Assembly (NCBI GenBank): GCA_017616015.1
Contig: JAFZYY010000015.1
Location: forward strand, 23,787 to 87,786
DNA: 64,000 nucleotides
Reading direction: 5' to 3'
From: Alphaproteobacteria bacterium
Lineage (GTDB): Bacteria > Pseudomonadota > Alphaproteobacteria > CAAGCB01 > CAG-977
The translations under genes and the position numbers were made by a program. Under the pieces are notes generated by a model, which was not told where the DNA came from, did no database searches, and saw only the letters and a program-made list of their open reading frames with translations. The number at the start of each line of letters is the position of its first letter. Position 1 is the first letter of the stretch. Shown piece after piece: positions 39,543 through 49,265 of the stretch.

Positions 39543-41615
39543 TTGACTTCGCCTTTCATTCTGATTCGGGAAAAAGTTCTTTCCTTTCTAAACGCCGAAC
39601 TTGACCGGCTGACTTTATGGTTGCCGGTCGCGTTCGGAGCAGGGATCGGTTTTTATTTCTCGCTGTCCGCCGAACCGCTGTTATCAACGGGACTGGCGGC
39701 TTTTTTATGCGGCGGATTTTTATTGCGGGACACAAGAAAGAATCAAGCGCTCCGCCTGTTTGCCCTGTTTGTTTTCCTGTTCGTTTCGGGATTCTTTTTA
39801 ACGCAGGTTCGCACCAGAGCTTTAAGCGCGCCGCGCATCAAATATCCTTTGTCCGCCGTTCAAATCGCCGGAACGGTTGAAGATGTTTCCGATTTTTCCG
39901 AAGGCGCTCAGGTTACTGTCGGCAACGTCAAAATAAAATCCCTGGCCGGCTGGAAAACGCCGCGGAAAATCCGACTGACTTTGCCCGAAAACGTCCCTGT
40001 GCCGCAAACCGGCGATGAAATCGAAGCGGTTGCTTATCTGTCCGCCCCGAAAAATCCCGTCACGCCGACCGGATTTGACGCCGCCCGTCAGCTTTATTTT
40101 AAAAAAATCGGCGCAGTCGGAAGCCTTGAGGGAAATATTCAAATCGTCAAACCGGCAAAGACCTCCCCTCTTCGGGATAAAATCAACAAAAGAATTGATA
40201 CTGTTCTGCCCGACGACACACAGGGAATCGCGAAAGCTCTCGTCACCGGCGGATCAAAAAGCGTTCCGTCCGACATTGTTCAAACCTATAGAAACGCCGG
40301 CATCGCGCATATTCTGGCCGTATCCGGATTGCATATGTCTTTGCTGGCCGGTCTGATTTTCTTTGTAATCCGTTCCGTCCTGGCGTTAATCCCGAAAATC
40401 GCTCTGTACTACAATACGAAAAAAATCGCCGCCGGCATCGCTTTAATCGCCTGCGCCGCTTACCTGCATATTTCCGGAGCATCGTTTGCCGCGCAGAGAG
40501 CGTTTATCATGGTCGCGTTTGTTCTGATTGCCGCTTTGCTGAACAGACGGGCTTTATCCGTCGTTTCGGTTGCGTGGGCGGCTTTTTTCATTTTACTGTT
40601 CAAACCGGAAGCGATCCTGTCCGCCGGATTTCAGTTATCTTTTGCGGCCGTAACAACGCTGATTTGCGCTTATGAAAAAGGAAATAAAGAATACACGCGT
40701 TTCCTGGAAAAGCGCGAAGGCTTTTTGTTTTCTTTGCTTTCTGGCATTGTCGGCGTATTAATGGCCTCCGTCATCGCTTCCGCGGCCACGGCGCCTTTCG
40801 CTCTGTTCCATTTCAGACAACTTCCCCTCTATGCTGTTTTTATAAGCGCAATCGCAACAACGCTTACCGGTTTTTGGGTTATGCCCGCACTGACAATCGG
40901 TACGATACTGATGCCTTTCGACGCAGATAAACCGTTTTTGATTTCCGCTTCATACGGCATCAAAATCATCAATCGCATCGCCGAAACGGCCGCCGGCCTG
41001 CCGCACGCCGTTCTGTCCTGCCCGCCGATGCCCGTATGGGGATTAGCGTTCGCGGCTTTCGGCGGTTTGTGGTTTTGTTTATGGAAAGGGCGCGTCCGAC
41101 TGTTCGGACTGATGGCTTTCGCACTTAGTCTTGTTTCTCCTTTTCTTACAACCGTGCCGGACGTTTATGTCGGTTTAAGAACCGCCGCGTTCAGAAATAA
41201 TGACGGGCTTCTGGTTTTCAGAGAAAAACCATTGGATCGCCGCACCCGCCAAATCTGGTTAAACGAAAATCATCAGACGCGGCTTTTAACGACCGAATGC
41301 GCCTACGGGCTTTGCCTGTATGAAAAGAACGGTTATAAAATCGGCGTCGCAAATACCAAAATCGGCGCGTACGACGCCTGCGAAATGAAAGATCTGGATA
41401 TTCTGTTTATTACGGTGAACTTTGACGGACAATGCGCGGCGAAACGAAAAGTCACCCGTTCGGAACTGTCCGAAGCCGGCGTTTACATGCTGACGCTCGC
41501 GCCGGAAAAAATCATTGTCAAAACAGTTTCGGAAAACAAAGGCTTCCGCCCGTGGTCGACGTCTTACCCGTTCGTTTCGCTCATCGACGAATGGAAAGGC
41601 CTCAAGCCGCTTTAG
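39543..41615 (+). CDS. comEC: ComEC/Rec2 competence protein
   Basis: WLPVAFGAGI, AGIAHILAVSGLHM, QRAFIM and GFQLSFAAV. Confidence 0.92.
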   Translation: MTSPFILIREKVLSFLNAELDRLTLWLPVAFGAGIGFYFSLSAEPLLSTGLAAFLCGGFLLRDTRKNQALRLFALFVFLFVSGFFLTQVRTRALSAPRIKYPLSAVQIAGTVEDVSDFSEGAQVTVGNVKIKSLAGWKTPRKIRLTLPENVPVPQTGDEIEAVAYLSAPKNPVTPTGFDAARQLYFKKIGAVGSLEGNIQIVKPAKTSPLRDKINKRIDTVLPDDTQGIAKALVTGGSKSVPSDIVQTYRNAGIAHILAVSGLHMSLLAGLIFFVIRSVLALIPKIALYYNTKKIAAGIALIACAAYLHISGASFAAQRAFIMVAFVLIAALLNRRALSVVSVAWAAFFILLFKPEAILSAGFQLSFAAVTTLICAYEKGNKEYTRFLEKREGFLFSLLSGIVGVLMASVIASAATAPFALFHFRQLPLYAVFISAIATTLTGFWVMPALTIGTILMPFDADKPFLISASYGIKIINRIAETAAGLPHAVLSCPPMPVWGLAFAAFGGLWFCLWKGRVRLFGLMAFALSLVSPFLTTVPDVYVGLRTAAFRNNDGLLVFREKPLDRRTRQIWLNENHQTRLLTTECAYGLCLYEKNGYKIGVANTKIGAYDACEMKDLDILFITVNFDGQCAAKRKVTRSELSEAGVYMLTLAPEKIIVKTVSENKGFRPWSTSYPFVSLIDEWKGLKPL

Positions 41616-42393
41616 CACACATATTGTCGCGCAGATACGCCCAAGCGTCTTTGTTCGGCGCGGAGATCAAATGATTAGCTCCGACAAACGGCGTATAGTC
41701 GGTTCCGTCAACGTAAGCGGTATAACCGCCGGCCTCGGCATGAAGCATTATGCCCGCCGCGTGATCCCACGGTTTAATAATCTTGGAACGGTAAGCGGAA
41801 TAATGCGCCCCGCCGGAAATAATCATCATATAACCGAACGATGCGCTACCCCACCAAGCGGGTTGCGGCAAGCGGGAATCTTTAAAAGCGACGCGACGCC
41901 CGACCGAACCGGTCATCTGATAAAATTCCTTAACCTCGGCAACTTTCAGGCGCTTGCCTTCATACCACGCGCCGCTGCCTTTTTCGCCCATAATCATTCG
42001 TTTAAAGACGGGATTATACAGCCAGCCTGCCACCGTTTCGCCTTTATAGACCAAAGCGACAACCACGCCGATTTCAGAGCGTCCGTAAGCGAAATTCATT
42101 GTGCCGTCGATCGGATCAATCACCCAAACGGGCTGTTCCGCTTTCAGACAATTCAAAACAGTGGGATCCCGAAAAGCGGCTTCCTCGCCGACGACAAGAG
42201 CTTCCGGCAAAAGAGCTGTCAGTTCCGCCGTTAATCTTTTTTCGGTCTGTGTATCCGCCGTTGTCACGTAATCTTCCGAAGAATTTTTCGTATCGACATC
42301 GGATACAGACAAATGATTGAAACGGGGCAGGACTTCCTGTTCGGAAATCGTTTTAATAATTTCGGCCACCTGATGAAGATCGGGACTATGCAT
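41602..42393 (-). CDS. Inositol monophosphatase family protein
   Basis: VGEE, WVIDPIDGTMNF and PWDHAAG. Confidence 0.92.
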   Translation of the reverse strand: MHSPDLHQVAEIIKTISEQEVLPRFNHLSVSDVDTKNSSEDYVTTADTQTEKRLTAELTALLPEALVVGEEAAFRDPTVLNCLKAEQPVWVIDPIDGTMNFAYGRSEIGVVVALVYKGETVAGWLYNPVFKRMIMGEKGSGAWYEGKRLKVAEVKEFYQMTGSVGRRVAFKDSRLPQPAWWGSASFGYMMIISGGAHYSAYRSKIIKPWDHAAGIMLHAEAGGYTAYVDGTDYTPFVGANHLISAPNKDAWAYLRDNMCAKAA

Positions 42394-43669
42394 AAATCAC
42401 CTGTGGAAAGTTGTTTTGAAACTTTGCGGCGTCTGCAGGGTCAAGGCGGACACGCACATGGCAAATCTGATCTGCGTCATGACGTTCCAACACCTCGCCG
42501 ACACGATATAAATACGCTAAAGCGGCACCGTCGGCAACAGAAATATTGACATTAATCTCCAGACGTCCCGCCGCCAGAGACTTTTCCAACAATGCCAGCA
42601 AATCCGGGATTCCCTCACCCGTCACGGCGGAAATCAACACTTGCTTTTCCTGACGGGAAACCGCGCTTTGCAGAGCCGAACGTTCCTGTTTGTCCATCAA
42701 ATCGGATTTGTTCAAAACTTCGATTAATCCCTGATCAACCTGCTTTGACAAACCCAAAGCTTTCAGCACATTTTCGACATCGGCTTTCTGCGCCGTCGTG
42801 TCGGGGTGGGAAATATCCCGGATATGAAGAATCAGAGACGCTTCCAATACTTCTTCCAATGTTGCGCGAAAAGCGGCGACCAGCTCGGTCGGCAAATCTG
42901 AAATAAACCCGACCGTATCGGACAAAATAACCTGCCGCCCCGACGGCAGTTTCAACTGCCGCATCGTCGGATCCAGCGTCGCAAAAAGCATATCTTTGGC
43001 AAAGACGTTCGCGTTCGTCAGGCGGTTGAACAAAGTCGATTTGCCGGCATTCGTATACCCGACCAAAGCGATGACGGGAAACGGCACGCGCTGTCTGGCT
43101 TTGCGATGCAAGTGGCGGGTGCGCTTGACTTCCTCCAATTCTTTTTTCAGCTTGACGATGTTGTCGGTGATCACGCGGCGATCAAGCTCGATCTGCGTTT
43201 CGCCCGGACCGCCCAGAAAACCTTTGCCGCCGCGCTGACGCTCCAGATGCGTCCACCCGCGCACCAATCGCGAGCGCTGATAACTCAGATGCGCCAGCTC
43301 GACCTGAAGCACGCCTTCTTTCGTGCGGGCGCGCTCGCCGAAAATTTCGAGGATCAGAGCGGTGCGGTCGATGACTTTGCATTGCCACAGCTTTTCCAAA
43401 TTGCGCTGCTGAATCGGGGAAAGAGCCGTATTTACCACAGCCAGCGTGATTTCGTTTTCCTTAATGACGTCGCGGATTCGTTCAGCCGCGCCTTTGCCGA
43501 TATACAGCGCCGCGTTCAGCCGGCTTAATAAAACGGATTCTGCCGCAACGACGGTCAGGTCTATTGCGGCAGTCAGATTTTTAATTTCTTCCAATCCCGC
43601 CCGATCGGAACGTTCCGTGTCGGTTTTTCCCTTTAAGACGGGATTCAGAACAAAAGTCTTTTCAGACAA
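42386..43669 (-). CDS. hflX: Ribosome-splitting GTPase HflX
   Basis: GGPGETQIELDRR, GYTNAGKST, FATLDPT, DTVGF and NKSD. Confidence 0.97.
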   Translation of the reverse strand: MSEKTFVLNPVLKGKTDTERSDRAGLEEIKNLTAAIDLTVVAAESVLLSRLNAALYIGKGAAERIRDVIKENEITLAVVNTALSPIQQRNLEKLWQCKVIDRTALILEIFGERARTKEGVLQVELAHLSYQRSRLVRGWTHLERQRGGKGFLGGPGETQIELDRRVITDNIVKLKKELEEVKRTRHLHRKARQRVPFPVIALVGYTNAGKSTLFNRLTNANVFAKDMLFATLDPTMRQLKLPSGRQVILSDTVGFISDLPTELVAAFRATLEEVLEASLILHIRDISHPDTTAQKADVENVLKALGLSKQVDQGLIEVLNKSDLMDKQERSALQSAVSRQEKQVLISAVTGEGIPDLLALLEKSLAAGRLEINVNISVADGAALAYLYRVGEVLERHDADQICHVRVRLDPADAAKFQNNFPQVIYA

Positions 43670-43680
43670 AGACAGCTTTC

Positions 43681-43938
43681 CTATTTTGTTTCGGCTTCGG
43701 CTTCCGTTCCCTCTTCGTCAAACAAAGAAACGGGAACCGACGGCATAATCGTCGACACGGCATGCTTGTAAACCAGCTGCGTATGACCGTCGCGGCGCAA
43801 AAGCATCGAAAAATTGTCAAACCAGGTAATAATGCCCTGAAGCTTGACGCCGCAGATCAAATAAACGGTTACCGGTGTTTTTGTTTTCCGCAGGTGATTT
43901 AAAAACATATCCTGCACATTTTGATTTTTATCAGCCAT
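43681..43938 (-). CDS. hfq: RNA chaperone Hfq
   Basis: QDMFLN, GVKLQG and [10 protein letters not shown]. Confidence 0.97.
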   Translation of the reverse strand: MADKNQNVQDMFLNHLRKTKTPVTVYLICGVKLQGIITWFDNFSMLLRRDGHTQLVYKHAVSTIMPSVPVSLFDEEGTEAEAETK

Positions 43939-43983
43939 TATCGTTCCCCTTGTTTAAAACCAAGCGCTTTCTTTCTAAATCAT

Positions 43984-44643
43984 TTAATCGCAAGAGTAAA
44001 GAACTGACAACAGTTCTTCGCAATTTTTTATCGTCAGCACATCGGAACCGTCTTTGTTTTCCTTAGCCATTCTGACGCGCAGGCAACCGGAAACGCGCGC
44101 GCATTCCATATCGGCGTCTCCGTCGCCCACAAACCAGACGGGAGCGGATAATTTTCCGTTTTCATACGCGATTCCGGTTCCTTCAAGCGCTTTAAAGACC
44201 GGATCGGCGGCCGGTTTATCACGTTCGGCGTCTCCCGCGCCGACAACGGAATAAAAATAAGACGACCACCCTAAATGATCTATTTCGGCGCGCAGAATCG
44301 AACTTGTTTTATTACTGACGATTCCGACGCAACCCGTTTTTTGAAAAGCAAGTTCGACGACTTCGCGCGCTTTGTCAAACGGAGTCAGCATCGTCAGGTG
44401 ATGCTCGCGGTAAGCGTCCAGATAGACCTGTTTGGCTTCTTCCCACTTATCGCCGAACAGATCGGGAAACGTTTCGCGCAAAGACAATCCCGTCAGTTTC
44501 TGATATTCCTCCATGGAATATTCGGGCAGACCGTAATGCGCCTGCAAAACGCAATACGCCTTATACAAAATCGGCGTCGTGTCCATCAGCGTGTTGTCCC
44601 AATCGAACAGAATCGCTTTCGGGGAAGGATATGTTACGATCAT
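43984..44643 (-). CDS. HAD-family hydrolase (phosphoglycolate phosphatase-like)
   Basis: FDWDNTL, SNK, KPAADP and VGDGDAD. Confidence 0.9.
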   Translation of the reverse strand: MIVTYPSPKAILFDWDNTLMDTTPILYKAYCVLQAHYGLPEYSMEEYQKLTGLSLRETFPDLFGDKWEEAKQVYLDAYREHHLTMLTPFDKAREVVELAFQKTGCVGIVSNKTSSILRAEIDHLGWSSYFYSVVGAGDAERDKPAADPVFKALEGTGIAYENGKLSAPVWFVGDGDADMECARVSGCLRVRMAKENKDGSDVLTIKNCEELLSVLYSCD

Positions 44644-46016
44644 TAGAAAAACTCCAGTCCGACGGAAAACATTTTTTCAACCTGCTTGACTGATTCCGCG
44701 TCAGCGAACAAAACAAGCCGATCGTCTCTTTCAATCACGGTATCGCCGCGCAACGGCAACGGCGTTCCGTCTCTGACAATCGCGCCGATAATCACGCCGG
44801 CAGGCAGACGCACGTCGCGCAGAGCTTTGCCCGCATATTCGAACGTGTCGAATACGTCGGCTTCCAAAACTTCGCACAACCCCGAACGAATCGAATAGGC
44901 CGCGTAAATCTTTCCGCGGCGGACGTGCTGTAAAATAGAGGACACCATAATGTCTTTCGGATCGATGATCACGTCAATTCCCAGATTGACGACCAACTGC
45001 GAATAAAGCGGCTTTTCAATCACGGAAACGGTTTGTTCCACACCGTACCTTTTGGACATCAGCGATGCCAGAATGTTGTTTTCGTCTTTCGAGCTGACGG
45101 CAATGACCGTTTCCACGATGTCGATGTCGGCTTCCTCCAATAAAACGGTATTCAGGAAATCTCCGTGAATGACGGTCGTATCGGTCAGCGTTTCGGCCAG
45201 AAACTTGGCGCGCTCCTCGTTCTCCTCAATCAAAGTCACGTGCATGTGAGACGCTTTCTCCAGATAGCTGGCCAGATACAGCCCGACATTATTGCCGCCC
45301 AGAATCAAAATGTTCTGCGCCCTTTCCTGATCGCGGCCGAACAATGTCAGAATACGGTGCACGGATTCGGACGGCACGATCACATACACGTCGTCACCCG
45401 CGCAAATGCGCGTGTTGCTGTCCGCGATGATCAGTTTTGAATCGCGCACCAGAGCCGCCACGACCGCATTCACGTCGGGAAAAAGCTCGGTCAACTGACG
45501 CAAAGGCGTATTGATCATCGGGCAAACGTCGTCGCAATGAATGCCTAAAAGATACACTTTGTCCATTGCCAGAGGAATGACTTCAAACGCGCCCGGCAAA
45601 GAAATGTTGCGCCGGATCGAACGCGCGATTTCGACTTCCGGCGAGATAACGACGTCAATCGGCAAAGCGTCGTGAGTATAAAATTTGCGCCATTTCGGGT
45701 TCGTGTATTCGTTCGACCGCAGACGCGCGATCTTCATCGGCACTTTAAACAGCGAGTTCGCCGCCTGACACGTCACCATGTTGACTTCGTCGGACTCCGT
45801 CACCGCGATCAGCATGTCCGCGTCCTGCGCGTTCGCCTGTTCCAGAACGGACGGATAAGATGCAAATCCGACGACCGGCCGCACTTCCATCGTCGAAGTC
45901 AGTTCCGTTAAAAGTTCCCCGTTCGTGTCAATCAAAACGACATCGTTGCCGTCTTCCGCCAAATAGCGCGCGATCGTCGATCCGACTCGTCCCGCGCCGC
46001 ATACGATTACTCTCAT
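44643..46016 (-). CDS. trkA: Trk potassium uptake protein TrkA
   Basis: Two RCK (TrkA-N/C) pairs; CGAGRVG, AVTESDEVN and VVISPE. Confidence 0.95.
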   Translation of the reverse strand: MRVIVCGAGRVGSTIARYLAEDGNDVVLIDTNGELLTELTSTMEVRPVVGFASYPSVLEQANAQDADMLIAVTESDEVNMVTCQAANSLFKVPMKIARLRSNEYTNPKWRKFYTHDALPIDVVISPEVEIARSIRRNISLPGAFEVIPLAMDKVYLLGIHCDDVCPMINTPLRQLTELFPDVNAVVAALVRDSKLIIADSNTRICAGDDVYVIVPSESVHRILTLFGRDQERAQNILILGGNNVGLYLASYLEKASHMHVTLIEENEERAKFLAETLTDTTVIHGDFLNTVLLEEADIDIVETVIAVSSKDENNILASLMSKRYGVEQTVSVIEKPLYSQLVVNLGIDVIIDPKDIMVSSILQHVRRGKIYAAYSIRSGLCEVLEADVFDTFEYAGKALRDVRLPAGVIIGAIVRDGTPLPLRGDTVIERDDRLVLFADAESVKQVEKMFSVGLEFF

Positions 46017-46318
46017 TTTCTTTTCCGTTTCCTGTACAGAGGCACAATCTCCGTTTTTTCTTTTTCAATCAACTTGTCGTCCAGATTCAACCGGCGCATT
46101 TTTTTCAGCAAAGTGTTCCGGTTCAACCCCAAAATTTTTGCCGTTTTCAGACGATTGCCCTGCGCGACTTCCAACGTGACGGAAATCAGGCGGCGTTCGA
46201 CTTCGTCGATCACAGCGTCATAGACGTTCGTCAGTTCCACCGCTTCCGCCGTTTTGGCATAAAAGCGACGCAGATACTTTTCCACGACCGCTCCCAATCC
46301 CTCATTTTGATTCGTCAT
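46013..46318 (-). CDS. Stand-alone Fis-type HTH protein resembling the C-terminal domain of NtrC
   Basis: VYDAVIDEVERRLI...GNRLKTAKILGLNRNTLLKKM; overlaps the dusB stop and the trkA start. Confidence 0.85.
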   Translation of the reverse strand: MTNQNEGLGAVVEKYLRRFYAKTAEAVELTNVYDAVIDEVERRLISVTLEVAQGNRLKTAKILGLNRNTLLKKMRRLNLDDKLIEKEKTEIVPLYRKRKRK

Positions 46319-47282
46319 GTTTCCCGCCGAAAAAATCCCGTATCAGAGCCCGCATTGCCTCCGGTTCGTCCGTTTCGTTGATTAAACGGCGAAACGCCGC
46401 GCTGCCCGTTAAGCCTAAAGAATACCACGCAATATGCTTTCGCGCGATAAAAACCGCCTTATGTCCGTAATATTTTTCCATTTCATCGAAATGGTCAAGC
46501 GCCAAAGCCCCCAAATCATCGACAACAGGCGGTTTTCCGCCGTTTAAAAAAGCGGAACACTCTGCCAAAACCCAAGGTTTTCCCAACAGTCCCCGCCCGA
46601 TCATCACGCCGTCGGCACCCGTTTCGCTTAAACATTGCTTTGCCTGTTCCGGCGTGCGGACGTCCCCGTTCGCAATCACGGGAATATCAAGCGCCCGTTT
46701 CAATTCCGCAACGGCGCCCCAATCCGCTTTGCCCGAATAGAACTGCGTCCGTGTTCTGGCGTGCAAAGTCACCGCCGTAGCGCCGGCGTCCCGCATTCTT
46801 TTGCCGAAATCCGAGTATGTCAGGGAATCCTCGTCCCAGCCCGAGCGAAACTTCACCGTCACGGGCAAACGGACAGCGGTGACGACGGCTCTGACGATTG
46901 ATTCCGCCAATTCGGGCGTATTCATCAGCGCCGCGCCGCCGCCGGCTTTGACAATCTTTGCGACGGGGCAGCCCATGTTGATGTCAATAAGCTGCGCGCG
47001 CTTCGTTTTTTCGACGATCCGAGCCGCTTCCGCCATAACGTCGGGCTTTGTCCCTTCCAGCTGCACGGCAACAGGCGCGTCCGTTTCTTCGCAAAGCGCC
47101 ATTTGCCGCGTCTGTTTGTGCGCATGAACCAAAGACGCCGCCAATACCATTTCCGTATGAAGCAACTCTTTGCCGAAGCGTCGGACTATCCGGCGGAAAG
47201 GAGCGTCCGTCACGCCTGCCATCGGCGCGCCGATAACGGGGGAAACGCTTAAATTTCCTATTTTTAACAAAGCGGACGTCAT
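46302..47282 (-). CDS. dusB: tRNA-dihydrouridine synthase B (NifR3)
   Basis: APMAGVTD, IDINMGCP, VTVKFRSGW, HARTR, NGDV, MIGRG and ARKHIAWY; start at MTSA (47282). Confidence 0.95.
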   Translation of the reverse strand: MTSALLKIGNLSVSPVIGAPMAGVTDAPFRRIVRRFGKELLHTEMVLAASLVHAHKQTRQMALCEETDAPVAVQLEGTKPDVMAEAARIVEKTKRAQLIDINMGCPVAKIVKAGGGAALMNTPELAESIVRAVVTAVRLPVTVKFRSGWDEDSLTYSDFGKRMRDAGATAVTLHARTRTQFYSGKADWGAVAELKRALDIPVIANGDVRTPEQAKQCLSETGADGVMIGRGLLGKPWVLAECSAFLNGGKPPVVDDLGALALDHFDEMEKYYGHKAVFIARKHIAWYSLGLTGSAAFRRLINETDEPEAMRALIRDFFGGKHDESK

Positions 47283-47351
47283 CTTCCTCTTTTCTAAAAC
47301 GAAAATCTGTTTTACTCTTGGTTTGGCAGAATTTAACAGGAGGGACAATCC

Positions 47352-48512
47352 ATGGTCAAGGGGGCTGTTATCATCGTCGCCGCCGGCAGAGGACACCGCT
47401 TCGGCGGGGAACTGCCGAAACAGTACAGAACGATCGGGGGACAGGCTGTTTTAAGGAAATCTCTGGCCGTGTTCTGCGCCCACCCGTCGATCCGGTACGT
47501 CCGCGCGGTCATTCACCCCGACGACACGGCGCTGTATCAATGCGCGGCGGAAGGTTTGCCCGTCCTGCCGCCCGTATTCGGCGGTCCCACCCGTCAGGAT
47601 TCCGTCCGTCTGGGATTGGAAAGTCTGAAAGAAGAAGCGCCCGACTTTGTGCTGATTCACGACGGGGCGAGACCGTTTGTCGATTTCGGCGTGATCAACC
47701 GCGTGATTGCGGAAATCAAAGAACATCAGGGGGCTATTCCCGCCCTGCCCGTCACGGACACGATCAAAGCCGGAACGACGGAAAACGGGAAAACGATCAT
47801 CACACGCACGGTGGATCGCGCGGGATTATGGCGCGTGCAGACGCCGCAGGGCTTCCCGTACGGGGAAATTCTCGCCGCGCACGAAGCCGTCAAAGGACAG
47901 GAGCTGACCGACGACGCCTGCGTCGCCGAAAAAGCCGGTATGACCGTCGTTCTGACAAAAGGCAGTGAGGACAACTTCAAAATCACGACGCAGGAAGATT
48001 TAGTTCGCGCCGAATTGCTGTTAAAAGGCAAAGGAACGGACATTCGCACGGCAACGGGTTTCGACGTGCACAAATTCTGCGACGGCTCTTTTGTCACGCT
48101 TTGCGGTGTTCAGGTGCCGCATGACAAAGGATTGGAAGGACACTCCGACGCCGACGTCGCTTTGCACGCGTTGACGGACGCTCTGCTGGGCGTTATCGGT
48201 TCGGGTGACATCGGACTGCATTTTCCGCCGTCCGACATACGCTGGAAAGGCGCTGATTCCGTGATATTCCTGAAACACGCCGTTTCTTTGGTGAACGGTC
48301 TGGGCGGCAGGATTTTGAATGCGGACGTTACAATCATCTGCGAACGCCCGAAAATCGGCGCACACCGTCTGGAAATGAGCGAAAAACTCTCGGAAATTTT
48401 AGGTGTTTCCGCCTCTCGCATCAGCATTAAAGCGACAACGACGGAACAGCTCGGCTTTACGGGACGCAAGGAAGGCATCGCCGCGCAAGCCTGCGTCAGC
48501 GTTTCTTTCTAA
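47352..48512 (+). CDS. ispDF: Bifunctional IspD/IspF
   Basis: AAGRGHRFG, PKQY, IHDGARP and QTPQGF, followed by GFDVH, HSDADV, GDIGLHFP and KATTTE. Confidence 0.96.
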   Translation: MVKGAVIIVAAGRGHRFGGELPKQYRTIGGQAVLRKSLAVFCAHPSIRYVRAVIHPDDTALYQCAAEGLPVLPPVFGGPTRQDSVRLGLESLKEEAPDFVLIHDGARPFVDFGVINRVIAEIKEHQGAIPALPVTDTIKAGTTENGKTIITRTVDRAGLWRVQTPQGFPYGEILAAHEAVKGQELTDDACVAEKAGMTVVLTKGSEDNFKITTQEDLVRAELLLKGKGTDIRTATGFDVHKFCDGSFVTLCGVQVPHDKGLEGHSDADVALHALTDALLGVIGSGDIGLHFPPSDIRWKGADSVIFLKHAVSLVNGLGGRILNADVTIICERPKIGAHRLEMSEKLSEILGVSASRISIKATTTEQLGFTGRKEGIAAQACVSVSF

Positions 48513-48524
48513 AAGGAAAAATCC

Positions 48525-49265
48525 ATGCCCGTCAAAAAATACGACGTCATTTTCAGTCTGGGAGCCGCCTGCCTTTGTTCACAAATGCTGCGCAAAAAGA
48601 ATTTGCAGTTCTGTTCTTATCCTTTCGACTGGATAGCGGGCGGAGATTTTGCTTTTCGCATTGATTTGCTTGTTTCCGGTTTCAAAGACTTTTTCAACAA
48701 AGAGGATTTGGCATTCACCGGCGAACAAAACGGCAGTGAAACACACCCGTGCGAAATCTGCCTGAACAAAAGAACGGAAATGAAATTTCCCCACGATTTC
48801 CCGACGGGCGTCGATTTTGAAACGGCCTGGCCGGAAGCCAACGAAAAATACGCCCGCCGCATCAAACGGCTGATTAACGACATCGAAAACGGCAAAGACA
48901 TTCTGATCGTTTACGTCATGCCGCCGAAGGAAGCCGTTGACTCCGACGCGGTTTTACGGGAATGCCATGATAAAATCGTCCGGCGTTTTCCGGATAAGAA
49001 CGTCGATATTCTGTATATTTCCTGCGCCGAAAAATATTCCGAAACAAACATCGGAGAACACGTCAGGAAAATCGCTTTCGACTTTGACCGCCCGGACGGC
49101 GTCCCGCCGTACGACGTCCGCAAATTAAGAACAGCCGTCAATAATTACCGGCTACGGCAGACACTGTCCGACCGGATACGGAATTTTAAATTCAAAATGA
49201 AGAAAAGAATCGGCCGTTGGAAAAAGAAAGCCTCGCGTTATTTGACTTTCCGCCCGTCGCTGTAA
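48525..49265 (+). CDS. DUF1796-like putative papain-fold cysteine peptidase
   Basis: FSLGAACL, SYPFDWI, FPHDF and KYARRIKRL. Confidence 0.72.
   Translation: MPVKKYDVIFSLGAACLCSQMLRKKNLQFCSYPFDWIAGGDFAFRIDLLVSGFKDFFNKEDLAFTGEQNGSETHPCEICLNKRTEMKFPHDFPTGVDFETAWPEANEKYARRIKRLINDIENGKDILIVYVMPPKEAVDSDAVLRECHDKIVRRFPDKNVDILYISCAEKYSETNIGEHVRKIAFDFDRPDGVPPYDVRKLRTAVNNYRLRQTLSDRIRNFKFKMKKRIGRWKKKASRYLTFRPSL

Noticed and set aside
47283-47396. N-terminal extension of dusB in the ORF track overlapping ispDF
   Set aside because: Homology begins at MTSALLKIG (47282); the extension is the divergent promoter region.
49150-49265. Basic C-terminus of the DUF1796-like protein as a fourth secretion-signal example
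   Set aside because: It is operonic with ispDF, lacks the linker/LSP pattern, and its end overlaps the convergent guaD, which constrains the sequence.
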